NCBI GenBank assembly: GCA_040756235.1
Contig: JBFLZG010000004.1
Span: forward strand, 33,239 to 97,238
Length of the DNA stretch: 64,000 nt
Origin: a bacterium
GTDB taxonomy: Bacteria; Desulfobacterota; DSWW01
Direction of reading: 5' to 3'
Position numbers and translations under genes: made by a program. Positions within the stretch are counted from its first letter, which is position 1, and every line of letters begins with the position of its first letter. The notes beneath the pieces are model-generated. The model saw nothing but the letters and a program-made list of their open reading frames with translations. It searched no databases and was not told where the DNA came from. This document shows, one piece after another, positions 8,384 through 17,536 of the stretch.

Positions 8384-8803
8384 ATGCTGCAAAGAACACT
8401 CTGCATGGTCAAGCCGGACGGAGTCCGGCGCGCACTGATCGGGGAAGTGATCGCCCGCCTTGAGAAGGCGGGGCTGCGGGTGGCGACCCTGAGAATGTGC
8501 CGGCTCCAGGAGGGGGACGCCCAAGCATTCTATTCGGTTCACAGGGGGAAAGGCTTTTACGAGAGCCTGACCCGGTTCATGTCTTCAGGGCCGATCGTGG
8601 CGATGGTCCTGGAGGGCGAAGAGGCCATTCAGAGGGTCCGCAAGATCATGGGTGCGACCAATCCCAGGGAGGCTGCTCCGGGCACGATCCGGGCGGACTT
8701 CGCTCAGGAGATCGAGCAGAACGTGGTCCACGGTTCCGACAGCCCGGAGTCGGCTGCCATCGAAATTCCCTTCTTCTTTGCGGAGCTGGAGATCCTTCGC
8801 TGA
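8384..8803 (+). CDS. ndk: Nucleoside diphosphate kinase
   Basis: RTLCMVKPDGV, GATNP, PGTIRADF, NVVHGSDS; strong GAGGAGGA RBS. Confidence 0.97.
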   Translation: MLQRTLCMVKPDGVRRALIGEVIARLEKAGLRVATLRMCRLQEGDAQAFYSVHRGKGFYESLTRFMSSGPIVAMVLEGEEAIQRVRKIMGATNPREAAPGTIRADFAQEIEQNVVHGSDSPESAAIEIPFFFAELEILR

Positions 8804-8819
8804 AACAGGATCCTGAGGC

Positions 8820-9293
8820 GTGTCCAGAATACCTCCATGGCTTCTCGTCGTTCTCCTGGTGCTCTACCTGGTGAGCCCGATCGACTTGGTGCCGGATTTT
8901 CTCGGTCCGGCCGGAAGAGTGGACGATATCCTGGCCGTAGTCGCCGGGCTGCTCTTTCTGCAGGCGCTGCGCACCGGCCGACGTCTCAGGAACGTTCGGG
9001 GCTCGCGCGCTCCCCATGCGGAGGAAGGAGGACGGGAGCAGGCGGATGCCGGGGCTTGCGGCCCTGAGAAGGATGCCGGTCGCGACCCGGCAGATCCCTA
9101 CGAGGTCCTGGGTGTGAGCCGGGACGCGCCGATGGAAGAGATCCGGGCCCGATACAAAGAGCAGTTGCTCCGGTATCATCCGGACCGCGTGCACCACTTG
9201 GGCCGCGAATTTCAGGAGCTCGCCGACCAGAAGACCAAAAGGATCAACACGGCTTTTGGCGAGATCGTACGCGAGAAGTCTCCCAAAGCCTGA
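8820..9293 (+). CDS. DUF1232 (YkvA-like) membrane domain fused to DnaJ J-domain
   Basis: YLVSPIDLVPDF..GRVDD (DUF1232) and DPYEVLGV...YHPDRV (J-domain HPD). Confidence 0.85.
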   Translation: MSRIPPWLLVVLLVLYLVSPIDLVPDFLGPAGRVDDILAVVAGLLFLQALRTGRRLRNVRGSRAPHAEEGGREQADAGACGPEKDAGRDPADPYEVLGVSRDAPMEEIRARYKEQLLRYHPDRVHHLGREFQELADQKTKRINTAFGEIVREKSPKA

Positions 9294-9317
9294 CGCGATC
9301 CGTGCCCTTACGGCTGA

Positions 9318-9346
9318 TTGACAATCCCGCCGGGGACCCTTAGGAT
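9318..9346 (+). promoter_or_regulatory. Sigma70-type promoter for the acyl-CoA carboxylase gene
   Basis: TTGACA-N17-TAGGAT. Confidence 0.65.
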
Positions 9347-9430
9347 CGCGCGCATTTTGACCACCAGGGCTCGGTACGATCCAAGCAGATTCCAGGGGGC
9401 GTAGAAAGACGCTCTCCACAGAGGGAGACC

Positions 9431-10981
9431 ATGAGCCAGCGAGACAGCCGCCAGGAGCTCCTCGACCGGATTCGCAGAGCGGATGAAGGAGGAGGCGAGG
9501 ACAGGATTCGGAAGCAGCACGGGGAAGGCAAGCTCACGGCACGCGAGAGGCTCGACCGGCTTCTGGACAAAGGGAGCCTCGTCGAGATCGACAAGCTCGT
9601 GACGCATCACTGTGCCTATTTCGGTATGGAGAAGAGGAAATTTCCGGGCGACGGCGTCATCACCGGCCACGGCACCATCGACGGGAGGCCGGTGTTCGTC
9701 TTCGCTCAGGACTTCACCGTGCTGGGGGGGACTCTGGGGCGGGCCTTTGCCACCAAGATCTGCAAGATCATGGAAATGGCCGTGAAGAACGGGGTCCCTG
9801 TCATCGGCCTCAACGACTCCGGAGGAGCCAGGATCCAGGAGGCGGTCGAGAGCCTGGCGGGCTATGCCGACATTTTCTTCCGGAATGTCATGGCCTCCGG
9901 TGTGGTCCCGCAGATCTCCGCCATCATGGGGCCCTGTGCGGGCGGAGCCGTCTATTCTCCGGCCCTGACCGACTTCGTCTTCATGACCCGCAACGCCAGC
10001 TACATGTTCATCACGGGTCCGGAGGTGGTCAAGGCGGTCACCCGCGAGCAGGTGACCAAGGAGGAGCTGGGCGGGGCCATGACCCACAACGTCAAGAGCG
10101 GTGTGGCGCACTTCGCTCCGGCCGACGACGCAGAGTGCCTTTCCATGATCCGCGAGCTCTTCGGCTATCTCCCCTTGAACAATACGGAGGATCCGCCGAG
10201 AGTGGAGCCCAGCGACCCCCCGGACCGCATGGAGCCCGCCCTCCGGGACATGATTCCCCAGGACCCCAACACACCGTACGATATCAAGGACGTCATCCGC
10301 GCCGTCGTGGATCACGGCAAGCTCCTGGAGGTGCATGAGCACTTCGCCCCCAACATCGTCGTGGGCTTTGCCCGGCTGAACGGCCGGGTCGTGGGCATCG
10401 TCGCGAACCAGCCCAAGTACCTGGCCGGCTCACTCGACATAGAAGCCTCGGTGAAAGGCGCCCGGTTCGTTCGCTTCTGCGACGCCTTCAACGTGCCGAT
10501 CCTCACCTTCGAAGATGTCCCCGGCTTCCTGCCGGGGACGGCGCAGGAATATGGCGGGATCATCAAGCACGGGGCCATGCTGATCTATGCGTACTGTGAG
10601 GTCACCACACCCAAGATCACCGTGATCACGCGCAAGGCTTACGGCGGCGCCTATTGCGTGATGTCCAGCAAGCACATCCGGGGGGACATCAACCTGGCCT
10701 ACCCGGGGGCCGAAATCGCGGTCATGGGCGCGGAGGGTGCGGTGAACATCATCTCGAGGAAGGAGATCGAGGCGGCCCGGGACCCCAACGCGAAGAAGAG
10801 GGAGCTGATCGAGGAGTATCGCAGGACCTTTGCCAATCCCTATCAGGCAGCCGAGCTCGGGTACGTGGACGAGGTCCTGCTTCCGGAGACGACCCGGCCC
10901 AGGGTGATCCGAGCTCTTGAGCTACTGGTCAACAAGAGAGACGTGAATCCGCCCAAGAAGCACGGCAACATTCCACTATGA
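9431..10981 (+). CDS. pccB: Acyl-CoA (propionyl/methylmalonyl-CoA) carboxyltransferase beta subunit
   Basis: [48 protein letters not shown]. Confidence 0.92.
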   Translation: MSQRDSRQELLDRIRRADEGGGEDRIRKQHGEGKLTARERLDRLLDKGSLVEIDKLVTHHCAYFGMEKRKFPGDGVITGHGTIDGRPVFVFAQDFTVLGGTLGRAFATKICKIMEMAVKNGVPVIGLNDSGGARIQEAVESLAGYADIFFRNVMASGVVPQISAIMGPCAGGAVYSPALTDFVFMTRNASYMFITGPEVVKAVTREQVTKEELGGAMTHNVKSGVAHFAPADDAECLSMIRELFGYLPLNNTEDPPRVEPSDPPDRMEPALRDMIPQDPNTPYDIKDVIRAVVDHGKLLEVHEHFAPNIVVGFARLNGRVVGIVANQPKYLAGSLDIEASVKGARFVRFCDAFNVPILTFEDVPGFLPGTAQEYGGIIKHGAMLIYAYCEVTTPKITVITRKAYGGAYCVMSSKHIRGDINLAYPGAEIAVMGAEGAVNIISRKEIEAARDPNAKKRELIEEYRRTFANPYQAAELGYVDEVLLPETTRPRVIRALELLVNKRDVNPPKKHGNIPL

Positions 10982-11105
10982 GGCTGACGATAAACGCCCA
11001 TCTGCGGCGTTCGGCTTGGCCCTCGTCGTTGCGGCGTACTGCCATGTACGCCTCACTCCTCGGGCCTGCGCCTGCCTTGCATCTGGGCATTTCTCGCCAG
11101 CCTCA
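10979..11105 (+). mobile_element. 127-bp palindromic MITE/REP-like element (family A), full copy
   Basis: Terminal inverted repeats TGAGGCTG...CAGCCTCA, central GGCGTAC-loop-GTACGCC; alignable to 27189 and 63874 copies. Confidence 0.8.
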
Positions 11106-11117
11106 GGTCGCGTGGAG

Positions 11118-11158
11118 ACGATAAACACCCATCTGCGGCGTTCGGCTTGGCCCTCGTC
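11118..11158 (+). repeat. Family A partial copy (left arm duplicated)
   Basis: ACGATAAACACCCATCTGCGGCGTTCGGCTTGGCCCTCGTC repeats the left arm of the adjacent copy. Confidence 0.8.
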
Positions 11159-11188
11159 CGTCACAGCCGGGGAACCGCCGGCCGCTTC

Positions 11189-11947
11189 TCACCCGGCCGG
11201 GCTGATCTCCGCCTCTTCCTGCCATTCCCTCTTCTTCCCGGTCAGGCGGACCACCTGAAGGCTCATCTCGAACAGCACGAGAAGCGGCCCGGCCAGCAGC
11301 AACTGGCTGATCACATCGGGACCCGGCGTCAGCAAGGCCGCGGCCACGAAGACCAGGACGATGGCGTACCGCCTCTGTCTGGCCAGCCCCTTGTAGGTGA
11401 CCAGCCCCATGCGCCCCAGGAAGAAGAAGGCGATGGGCATCTGGAAGACCAGCCCGAAGGCAAGCATCATGTGCCACGCGAAAGAGAGATAGTACAGGGT
11501 GGTGGGCATGGCCCGCAGGGTATCGCTGGAAAAGGCCATGAAGAACTTGAAGGCGAAGGGAAAGACGATCACGTAACAGAAGGCGGCCCCGCCGAAAAAG
11601 AAGATCAAGGAAAACAGGACCACGGGGATTACATAGCGCTTCTCCCGCTCGTACAAGCCCGGGGCCACGAACATCCAAACTTCATACAGGAGGACCGGCA
11701 TGGCCAGGAACACGCCGGCGATGAGCGAAAGCTTCAGGTACGTCACGAACGCCTCGGCCACCCCGATGTATTGCAGGGCGCTGCCTTCGGGCAGTTGCCT
11801 CTGAAGGGGCTTCGCGAGGAAGAGAAACAGTTGCTCCTTGACGAAGTAGGAGATGCAGAAGCCGACCGCTACGGCGACACAGCAGATGATGAGGCGCCTG
11901 CGCAGTTCCTCCAAGTGGGCCGCCAGCGGCATCTTCTCGTCCGCCAT
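11189..11947 (-). CDS. tatC: Twin-arginine translocase subunit TatC
   Basis: MPLAAHLEELRRRL, FVAPGLYEREK, LTPGPD. Confidence 0.96.
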   Translation of the reverse strand: MADEKMPLAAHLEELRRRLIICCVAVAVGFCISYFVKEQLFLFLAKPLQRQLPEGSALQYIGVAEAFVTYLKLSLIAGVFLAMPVLLYEVWMFVAPGLYEREKRYVIPVVLFSLIFFFGGAAFCYVIVFPFAFKFFMAFSSDTLRAMPTTLYYLSFAWHMMLAFGLVFQMPIAFFFLGRMGLVTYKGLARQRRYAIVLVFVAAALLTPGPDVISQLLLAGPLLVLFEMSLQVVRLTGKKREWQEEAEISPAG

Positions 11948-12240
11948 CAGGGCTTGTCCGAGGTCTCTCGGCCCGGGCTCGGCTGCCCTTCTCCGCCGGG
12001 AGGTGGTGGGGTGGGTTCCTGCTCAGGCGTCTTCCTGGGAAGGGGTTGCCTATCGTTCCGGCTTCGCCGGACAATCTCATTGTCGCTCAAGATGCTTCTC
12101 CGAAGATCCTCGGACGTGCGGCGCAGCTCCGCCAATCCTCTGCCCAGGCTCCGTGCCAGCTCCGGGAGCTTCTGGGGCCCGAGAACCAGAAGAGCCACGG
12201 CGAGAATGATCAACAGCTCGGAGAAGCCAATGTCCAGCAT
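11947..12240 (-). CDS. tatB: Twin-arginine translocase subunit TatB
   Basis: MLDIGFSELLII...LGPQKLPELAR; immediately upstream of tatC. Confidence 0.88.
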   Translation of the reverse strand: MLDIGFSELLIILAVALLVLGPQKLPELARSLGRGLAELRRTSEDLRRSILSDNEIVRRSRNDRQPLPRKTPEQEPTPPPPGGEGQPSPGRETSDKP

Positions 12241-12284
12241 GGTCGTAGATGTTACAGGAGGCGTTTGGGATCGTCGCTCCCTTC

Positions 12285-12313
12285 ATTAGAACCCGCGCCA
12301 CCGGGGTTGTCAA
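12285..12313 (-). promoter_or_regulatory. Sigma70-type promoter for tatBC
   Basis: Minus strand TTGACA-N17-TCTAAT. Confidence 0.65.
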
Positions 12314-12328
12314 TGCGGAGTCGAATGC

Positions 12329-12412
12329 GAAAAGGCCAACGGGAGAAGGCGAAAGGGGCGAGTGAGGAGCGTAATTCTTACTGCTTTCACCTTTGACCTT
12401 TTAGCCTTTTAC
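12329..12412. repeat. Inverted pair of heptamer tandem arrays (AAAGG-type)
   Basis: GAAAAGG CCAACGG GAGAAGG CGAAAGG ... CTTTCAC CTTTGAC CTTTTAG CCTTTTA. Confidence 0.6.
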
Positions 12413-12456
12413 CGGGGCAGGGGGTGAGCCGCGGATGGCCATCTCGCAAGAGCCTG

Positions 12457-14340
12457 TCAAGGCTTCAAGGGAGGCTTGCGGTACAGGCTTTCGATTTCGC
12501 GGCGATAGCGCTTCTCGATGATGGCCCGGCGCATCCGGTAAGTGGGGGTGATCTCGTCCGCTTCCAGCGTGAATCGTTCCGGCAGCAAGGCAAACGTCCG
12601 AATCGCCTCGAGCTGACCCCGCTCCTCGTTGATCTTGCCCACGACCTCCCGGTAAAGCTCTTGCACCTTGGGGTGCTCGAGAAGCTCTTGATGGTTGAGC
12701 CACAGGATGCGCATCCTGCCTGCAAACGCCTCCAGATGATCAAAAGAGGGAACGATCAGCGCTCCCAGGTGCTTCCTTCCGTCCCCGACCACGATGGCTT
12801 GCTGGACGTAAGGGTTGAGGCGCAGGGTCCTCTCGAGCGGTTGGGGGACTATGTTCTTGCCGGCAGCCGTGATGAGGATGTCCTTCTTTCTCCCCGTGAG
12901 GACGAGGAATCCGTCCGGATCCAGGCGGCCGAGATCTCCGGTCGGAAACCAGCCGTCCTGTTCGGTGGCCGGGAGGGGAGCCAGACGAGGCCGGTAGTAG
13001 CCCGGCGAAACGCTGTCGCCACGGATCAGGATCTCCCCGTCCGGCCGGGTCCTCACCTGGCAGCCCGGCAGAGGGACCCCCACGGTGCCTGGCCGGTGGC
13101 CTGCGGGGCCGTTGCCCGTGACCGGCCCCGTGAGCTCCGTCATGCCGTACATGTTGTAGAGCGGTACCTGTACGGCTTCGAAGAAGGCCTCCAGGTCCCT
13201 CGGCAAGGGCGCCCCCGCGCAGAAGCAGTTTCGGATCCGGCCTCCCATGCGATCCTTGATCGGTTGCGTTCCGACCCGCTTGACCCATCGGAGGAACGGC
13301 TCCATGAGTGGGGGAAGAGCTCTTGTCTTCTCCTCCGGAGAGGGAGCGCTCGCCATCCACCAGAAGATCCATTTCGACAGGGTCTTTCTGGGTGAAGGGC
13401 CCTTCAGCATGTCCGTGAGGATGAGATCCCTTATCTTCTCGTAGGTGCGCGGCACGCCGACGAGCAGGTGGGGCTTGGTGTCCAGCAGCATCCGGGGGAC
13501 GTCGTCCATGTTTGGACAGTAGGAAACGGTGCCGCCCTCCAGGAGCACCTTGATGTCCGCCACTCTCTGCAGGATCTGGGCGAGCGGAAGGAACGAGAGC
13601 AGCACGTCTCCTTCCTGAACGCGGAACAGCCCCTCGAGCGCATCGAGCTCCGCCAGGAAGTTCCTGTGGGTGAGCAGGACGCCTTTGGGCAGAGAACCGC
13701 TCGTGCCGCTGGTGTATACGATCGTGGCAGGATCGATGGATGCGATCCTGCCGGCCAGGCTCTCCAGCGGCACCTGCTTCTTCCCGCCCAAGGCCATCAC
13801 GTCCCGAAGGCTCAGGTCCGGCTCCCGGAACCCGGCGGGGAGGGGCCCCTCGAAGAACACGATCCGTCTCAGGCCGGGGACCTGCGATCGGATGTGGGGC
13901 AGCTCTTTCAGGCGGGGCCCTTCCGAGGCGAAAAGCAAGGTCGTTCTCGAGTGTTTGAGCTCATGGGCCAGCAACCTGGGGGAGAGCGTCGCGTGAAGAG
14001 GAACCGTGAGGGCCCCCGCGGCCATGGCGGCGAAGTCGGCCAGGGCCCATTCGTACCGATTTTCGCTGAGCAGAGCGACACGGTCTCCCTTTTTCACGCC
14101 CAGCCGCTGCAGGCCGGAAGCCAGCCGCTCGACGTCTTGCAGAAATCGCCCGCACAAGATCGGCTGTTCTTTCTGCAGGGAGGTCTGCAATACTGCGATC
14201 CGGTCCGGACTTCTCTTTGCTGAATCGAGGAGGCGCGTCAGAAGGTTCGGCTGAGTAGTGCCTTGTGCTGCTTGCTGGGGAGGGCTCCTGTGCGCGGGAA
14301 AAGCCGGTTCACCCTTCGGGTCCTTCGGTCTCATGTTCAT
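12457..14340 (-). CDS. Long-chain fatty acid-CoA ligase (AMP-dependent synthetase)
   Basis: YTSGTSGSLPKGV, YGMTE, TGDLG, GRKKD, AGKNIVP. Start set at ATG 14340 because a promoter lies at 14390-14419. Confidence 0.9.
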   Translation of the reverse strand: MNMRPKDPKGEPAFPAHRSPPQQAAQGTTQPNLLTRLLDSAKRSPDRIAVLQTSLQKEQPILCGRFLQDVERLASGLQRLGVKKGDRVALLSENRYEWALADFAAMAAGALTVPLHATLSPRLLAHELKHSRTTLLFASEGPRLKELPHIRSQVPGLRRIVFFEGPLPAGFREPDLSLRDVMALGGKKQVPLESLAGRIASIDPATIVYTSGTSGSLPKGVLLTHRNFLAELDALEGLFRVQEGDVLLSFLPLAQILQRVADIKVLLEGGTVSYCPNMDDVPRMLLDTKPHLLVGVPRTYEKIRDLILTDMLKGPSPRKTLSKWIFWWMASAPSPEEKTRALPPLMEPFLRWVKRVGTQPIKDRMGGRIRNCFCAGAPLPRDLEAFFEAVQVPLYNMYGMTELTGPVTGNGPAGHRPGTVGVPLPGCQVRTRPDGEILIRGDSVSPGYYRPRLAPLPATEQDGWFPTGDLGRLDPDGFLVLTGRKKDILITAAGKNIVPQPLERTLRLNPYVQQAIVVGDGRKHLGALIVPSFDHLEAFAGRMRILWLNHQELLEHPKVQELYREVVGKINEERGQLEAIRTFALLPERFTLEADEITPTYRMRRAIIEKRYRREIESLYRKPPLKP

Positions 14341-14389
14341 TTCTGAACGCAAGGGGATGCAGAGGGAGCTCGCTTCGCGAGACACTGAA

Positions 14390-14419
14390 ATTATAGGATC
14401 CCTCTCGCCCGGCAGTCAA
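14390..14419 (-). promoter_or_regulatory. Sigma70-type promoter for the acyl-CoA ligase
   Basis: Minus strand TTGACT-N18-TATAAT. Confidence 0.65.
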
Positions 14420-14471
14420 TTATTTCCGTATCAGCGAGTCCGTCGCGGCACCCTCGAACGGCCGGCGCGTG

Positions 14472-16160
14472 TCAGAAGCCGGTCTCGGTCGAGAACGTCA
14501 CGATCCCGTCTCTCAACCCGCCGCCGCGGCCTACCGGCACCCCCCAGGTGAGGTGGGCCACGCTGGTGCCGGAGAGCTGCGGCAGGGCGATGCGAAGCCC
14601 CACTCCGGCGTCGTTTCGAATCTGATCCAGGTCGATCGACTGCCCCACGTCCCACACGTAACCGCTGTCCCAGAAAAGGAGCAGCCCGAGGGCCACGAGC
14701 CCGAGGAGCCTGCGGGAGGCGAAGATACGATCCTCCAGGCTCACCCGCAGGAGCTTGTTCCCCGTGAACGCATCTGCGTCGTAGCCTCTCAGGCCGGTGT
14801 CCCAGCCGAGAGCCAGCAGTCGGTCCGGGTCGAGGTTCACGCCGTATCCGAACTCCCCCTCGAGATGGAAGGTGTGCAGAAGCGGCCCGGCGTCGAGCGG
14901 CGTGTCCCGGAGGTAGTGATCGTAATGAAAGAACCCCTCGGTGTTTCTCCAGGTGTCCCCGGCCAGTCGCCCGAACGCAACGGCCCTGGCCAGGGCGAAG
15001 TGCCCCGGCCGGAAGGCGTATCCCTGGGAGTCCGATGCGGAGAAGATCCACTCGTCCCTGGCGGCCCCCAGCGCATCGGCCGAGAAGCCTGCGGCCAGGC
15101 TCAAGTCGTTTCCGAGGTTGAAGTCCTCGTGGCGCTCGAACTGGGCGATCCGCCTTTCCACGATGTAATTCACGCCGAGCCGCCGCCAGGCGATCCCGGG
15201 ATAGCTCAGCGTATCGTCCTGCGGCCGCTCCGGGGGCGGGTCCTCACCTGACAGGGGCCGGAAATCCCGGATCCGGCGTTGTACGTAGTTGTAAGTGGCC
15301 TCGAGCCGGTGCACCACCGGAGGGCCGGGCCGCAGGGCTGCCCCGAAATGGAGCATGCCGGCGTTGTCCTCGCGATCGTAGTCGGCCACGATGCGGCCGT
15401 TCTGGATGAGCCGGCGCCTGAATCTTGCGTGGTTCATGCTCGCGCCTGCTGCCCACGGGGTCTCGAGCGAATAGAAGGGGCGTTCCAGCGAGGCACGCGT
15501 CGACTCTCCCGTCTCGAGGTCCTGCACCGTCCAGGCCATCTGAACACGACTGCCGAGCACGTTCGGGTCGAGGTATCTCACCCTCCAGGAGTCCTCGACA
15601 AACAGGTTCCTCGACTGCGCCCCTTTCCGGTACGACGCCGACAGGACCTTGCCCAGGCCCAGCAGGTTCTGCTCGGTCAGGCCTGCGGTCACGATGCGGC
15701 TGCCTTCGACCTCCTGGATGTCGAAGACCGGAATCAGAGACCAGACCTCTCGGAGCGAGATCGAGACCCGGACTCCCCGGTCGTCGATCCGGTCGCAATC
15801 GATGCGCTCGTCCCTGAAGTAATCCAGAGCTCGGAGGTTTCTGCGGCTCTCCTGGATGAGGTCGGGGTCCAGTCTGTCCCCTTCACGCAAGAGAAGCTCG
15901 TCTCGAATGACCTGCTCGGCCGTCCTGAGGTGCAGTCGGTTGACTGTCTGCCAGGGGAACCAGCCCGGCAGACCCTCAGACGGATCGAACACGTCGCGCT
16001 GCGTGATCCGGATTTCCCGGATCACCATGCCGGGCGTCTCACGGAAGAGCCGCTGACAGGAGTCGCAGGTCCCCACCTCCGCGGCCCGCACCTTCGACGG
16101 AACGATGAGCACGAGCAGGCAGAGGAACGCGGCCGCCAGACGACTGATTCGAGGGATCAC
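14472..16160 (-). CDS. Omp85 (BamA/TamA-like) outer membrane protein with POTRA domain
   Basis: Signal-like segment, VIRDELLLREGD...ESRRNLRALDYF POTRA, EQNLLGLG, LRGY, DAGVGLR, terminal Phe. Start uncertain. Confidence 0.8.
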   Translation of the reverse strand: MIPRISRLAAAFLCLLVLIVPSKVRAAEVGTCDSCQRLFRETPGMVIREIRITQRDVFDPSEGLPGWFPWQTVNRLHLRTAEQVIRDELLLREGDRLDPDLIQESRRNLRALDYFRDERIDCDRIDDRGVRVSISLREVWSLIPVFDIQEVEGSRIVTAGLTEQNLLGLGKVLSASYRKGAQSRNLFVEDSWRVRYLDPNVLGSRVQMAWTVQDLETGESTRASLERPFYSLETPWAAGASMNHARFRRRLIQNGRIVADYDREDNAGMLHFGAALRPGPPVVHRLEATYNYVQRRIRDFRPLSGEDPPPERPQDDTLSYPGIAWRRLGVNYIVERRIAQFERHEDFNLGNDLSLAAGFSADALGAARDEWIFSASDSQGYAFRPGHFALARAVAFGRLAGDTWRNTEGFFHYDHYLRDTPLDAGPLLHTFHLEGEFGYGVNLDPDRLLALGWDTGLRGYDADAFTGNKLLRVSLEDRIFASRRLLGLVALGLLLFWDSGYVWDVGQSIDLDQIRNDAGVGLRIALPQLSGTSVAHLTWGVPVGRGGGLRDGIVTFSTETGF

Positions 16161-16237
16161 GATACGGCGAGGGGGGGGCCGAAAAAGAATTACGGGCTCT
16201 GTGGTGTGCCGCCGTAGCGGTACCTGTTCTTCTTCCG

Positions 16238-16268
16238 GCTGACAACTGGCAGCTGACAACTGGCAACT
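16238..16268. repeat. Heptamer-based tandem repeat
   Basis: GCTGACAACTGGCA x2 plus ACT. Confidence 0.75.
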
Positions 16269-16275
16269 CACATTA

Positions 16276-16317
16276 GACGAGTGCGACGCAGCGGACGGGC
16301 ATTTATGGACAGCCTTC
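16276..16317 (-). repeat. Family A partial copy (left arm)
   Basis: Minus strand GAAGGCTGTCCATAAATGCCCGTCCGCTGCGTCGCACTCGTC, overlapping the TAG stop of the methyltransferase gene. Confidence 0.8.
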
Positions 16318-17495
16318 TAGTCAGCTTGCAGCATGTGCACCTTGAGATACGCGGTCTGCGGCATGGCCGGGATCCACGGGTGGTCGGGGCCCTGGCCGCG
16401 GCTCGCAAGAATGCGGATCCTGCGGCCCGCCTGCCGGGCGCCCAGCAAGACCGACCCCAGGAAGTCTTCGGGGCCGACGTAAGATGAGCAGCAGCAGGTC
16501 ACCAGGAGTCCGCCCGGACTCAGGCACCGGATGGCCCACTTGTGCAGGTTGAGGTGCCCCTTCAGCGCCTCCCGGGCCCGCTGCCTGGACCTGGCAAGGG
16601 CAGGGGGGTCCAATACGATAAGATCGAAGGCGTCTCCCGGGTTCGCGAGCCGCTTCAGGGATTCCAGGACATCGCCTTTTTCGAAGCGGACGTGAGAGAG
16701 ACCGTTCAGCCTGGCGTTGTCTCGAGCAATTTCCAAAGCGCTGGCGGAATCGTCGATCCCGAGCACGTCGCCGGCGCCCCAGCGGGCAGCGTGAATGCCC
16801 CAGGCGCCCGTGTAGCAGAAGGCATCGAGGACCCTGGCCTCCCGGCTGGCGGCGCGGATCAGCTCGTAGTTGAGGCGCTGATCGAAGTAGAAGCCGGTCT
16901 TCTGGCCTTTGAAGAGGTCGGAGAGGAACGCCACGTCCTGGAGCTGAAAACCGACCCGGGCAGGCACCTCCCCAAACGCAACGGCGACATGCTCCTCGAG
17001 CCCCTCCAGGGTCCTGCCGGGGGCGTCGTGGCGCAGAACGACGCCGGCGGGCCGGAAAGCTTCCGTGAGAGCTTCCAGGACCCACTCCTTCCTCTGGTCC
17101 ATGGCGGCCGTCAGGCACTGGACGCTCAGGCAGTCGCCATAGCGGTCGACGATGAGCCCCGGCAGGAAATCGCCCTCGGCGTTCACGATCCGGCAGGCCT
17201 TCGCTGCGGTCTCGCCCAGCAGGCGCTCTCGAGCCGCCAGGGCTCCCAGGATCCCTCTGTGCAACCACTCTTGATCCAGGCGGACTTCCTCGTAAAAGGC
17301 ATGGAGCCGGACCGCGATCAGGGTCCTGGGATTGAAGGTGCCGGAGCCCAGCAGGCGCCCCCTGTGGTCCAGCACCCGGACCTCGCAACCTGCAGGGATC
17401 GGGCGCTGAGGAGGGCGGAGCTCATTGGAAAAGATCCACAGGCTGCCCTGGCGGGCACGCCGATCCATGCCGGGAAGCAGGGTGATGGTTTCCAT
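16317..17495 (-). CDS. Class I SAM-dependent rRNA methyltransferase, RlmI-like
   Basis: PUA-like WIFSNE, EGDFLPGLIVDRY, GQKTGFYFDQR, VLDAFCYTG, IVLDPP, YLK. Confidence 0.88.
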   Translation of the reverse strand: METITLLPGMDRRARQGSLWIFSNELRPPQRPIPAGCEVRVLDHRGRLLGSGTFNPRTLIAVRLHAFYEEVRLDQEWLHRGILGALAARERLLGETAAKACRIVNAEGDFLPGLIVDRYGDCLSVQCLTAAMDQRKEWVLEALTEAFRPAGVVLRHDAPGRTLEGLEEHVAVAFGEVPARVGFQLQDVAFLSDLFKGQKTGFYFDQRLNYELIRAASREARVLDAFCYTGAWGIHAARWGAGDVLGIDDSASALEIARDNARLNGLSHVRFEKGDVLESLKRLANPGDAFDLIVLDPPALARSRQRAREALKGHLNLHKWAIRCLSPGGLLVTCCCSSYVGPEDFLGSVLLGARQAGRRIRILASRGQGPDHPWIPAMPQTAYLKVHMLQAD

Positions 17496-17536
17496 CGCCC
17501 TCGTTTCGTTCTCGAGGTGTTTCGAGGCAAGGGGGG

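Noticed and set aside
10979..11158. Tandem repeat as a CRISPR array
   Set aside because: Only one full and one partial unit of a dispersed 127-bp element; no regular spacers and no cas genes.
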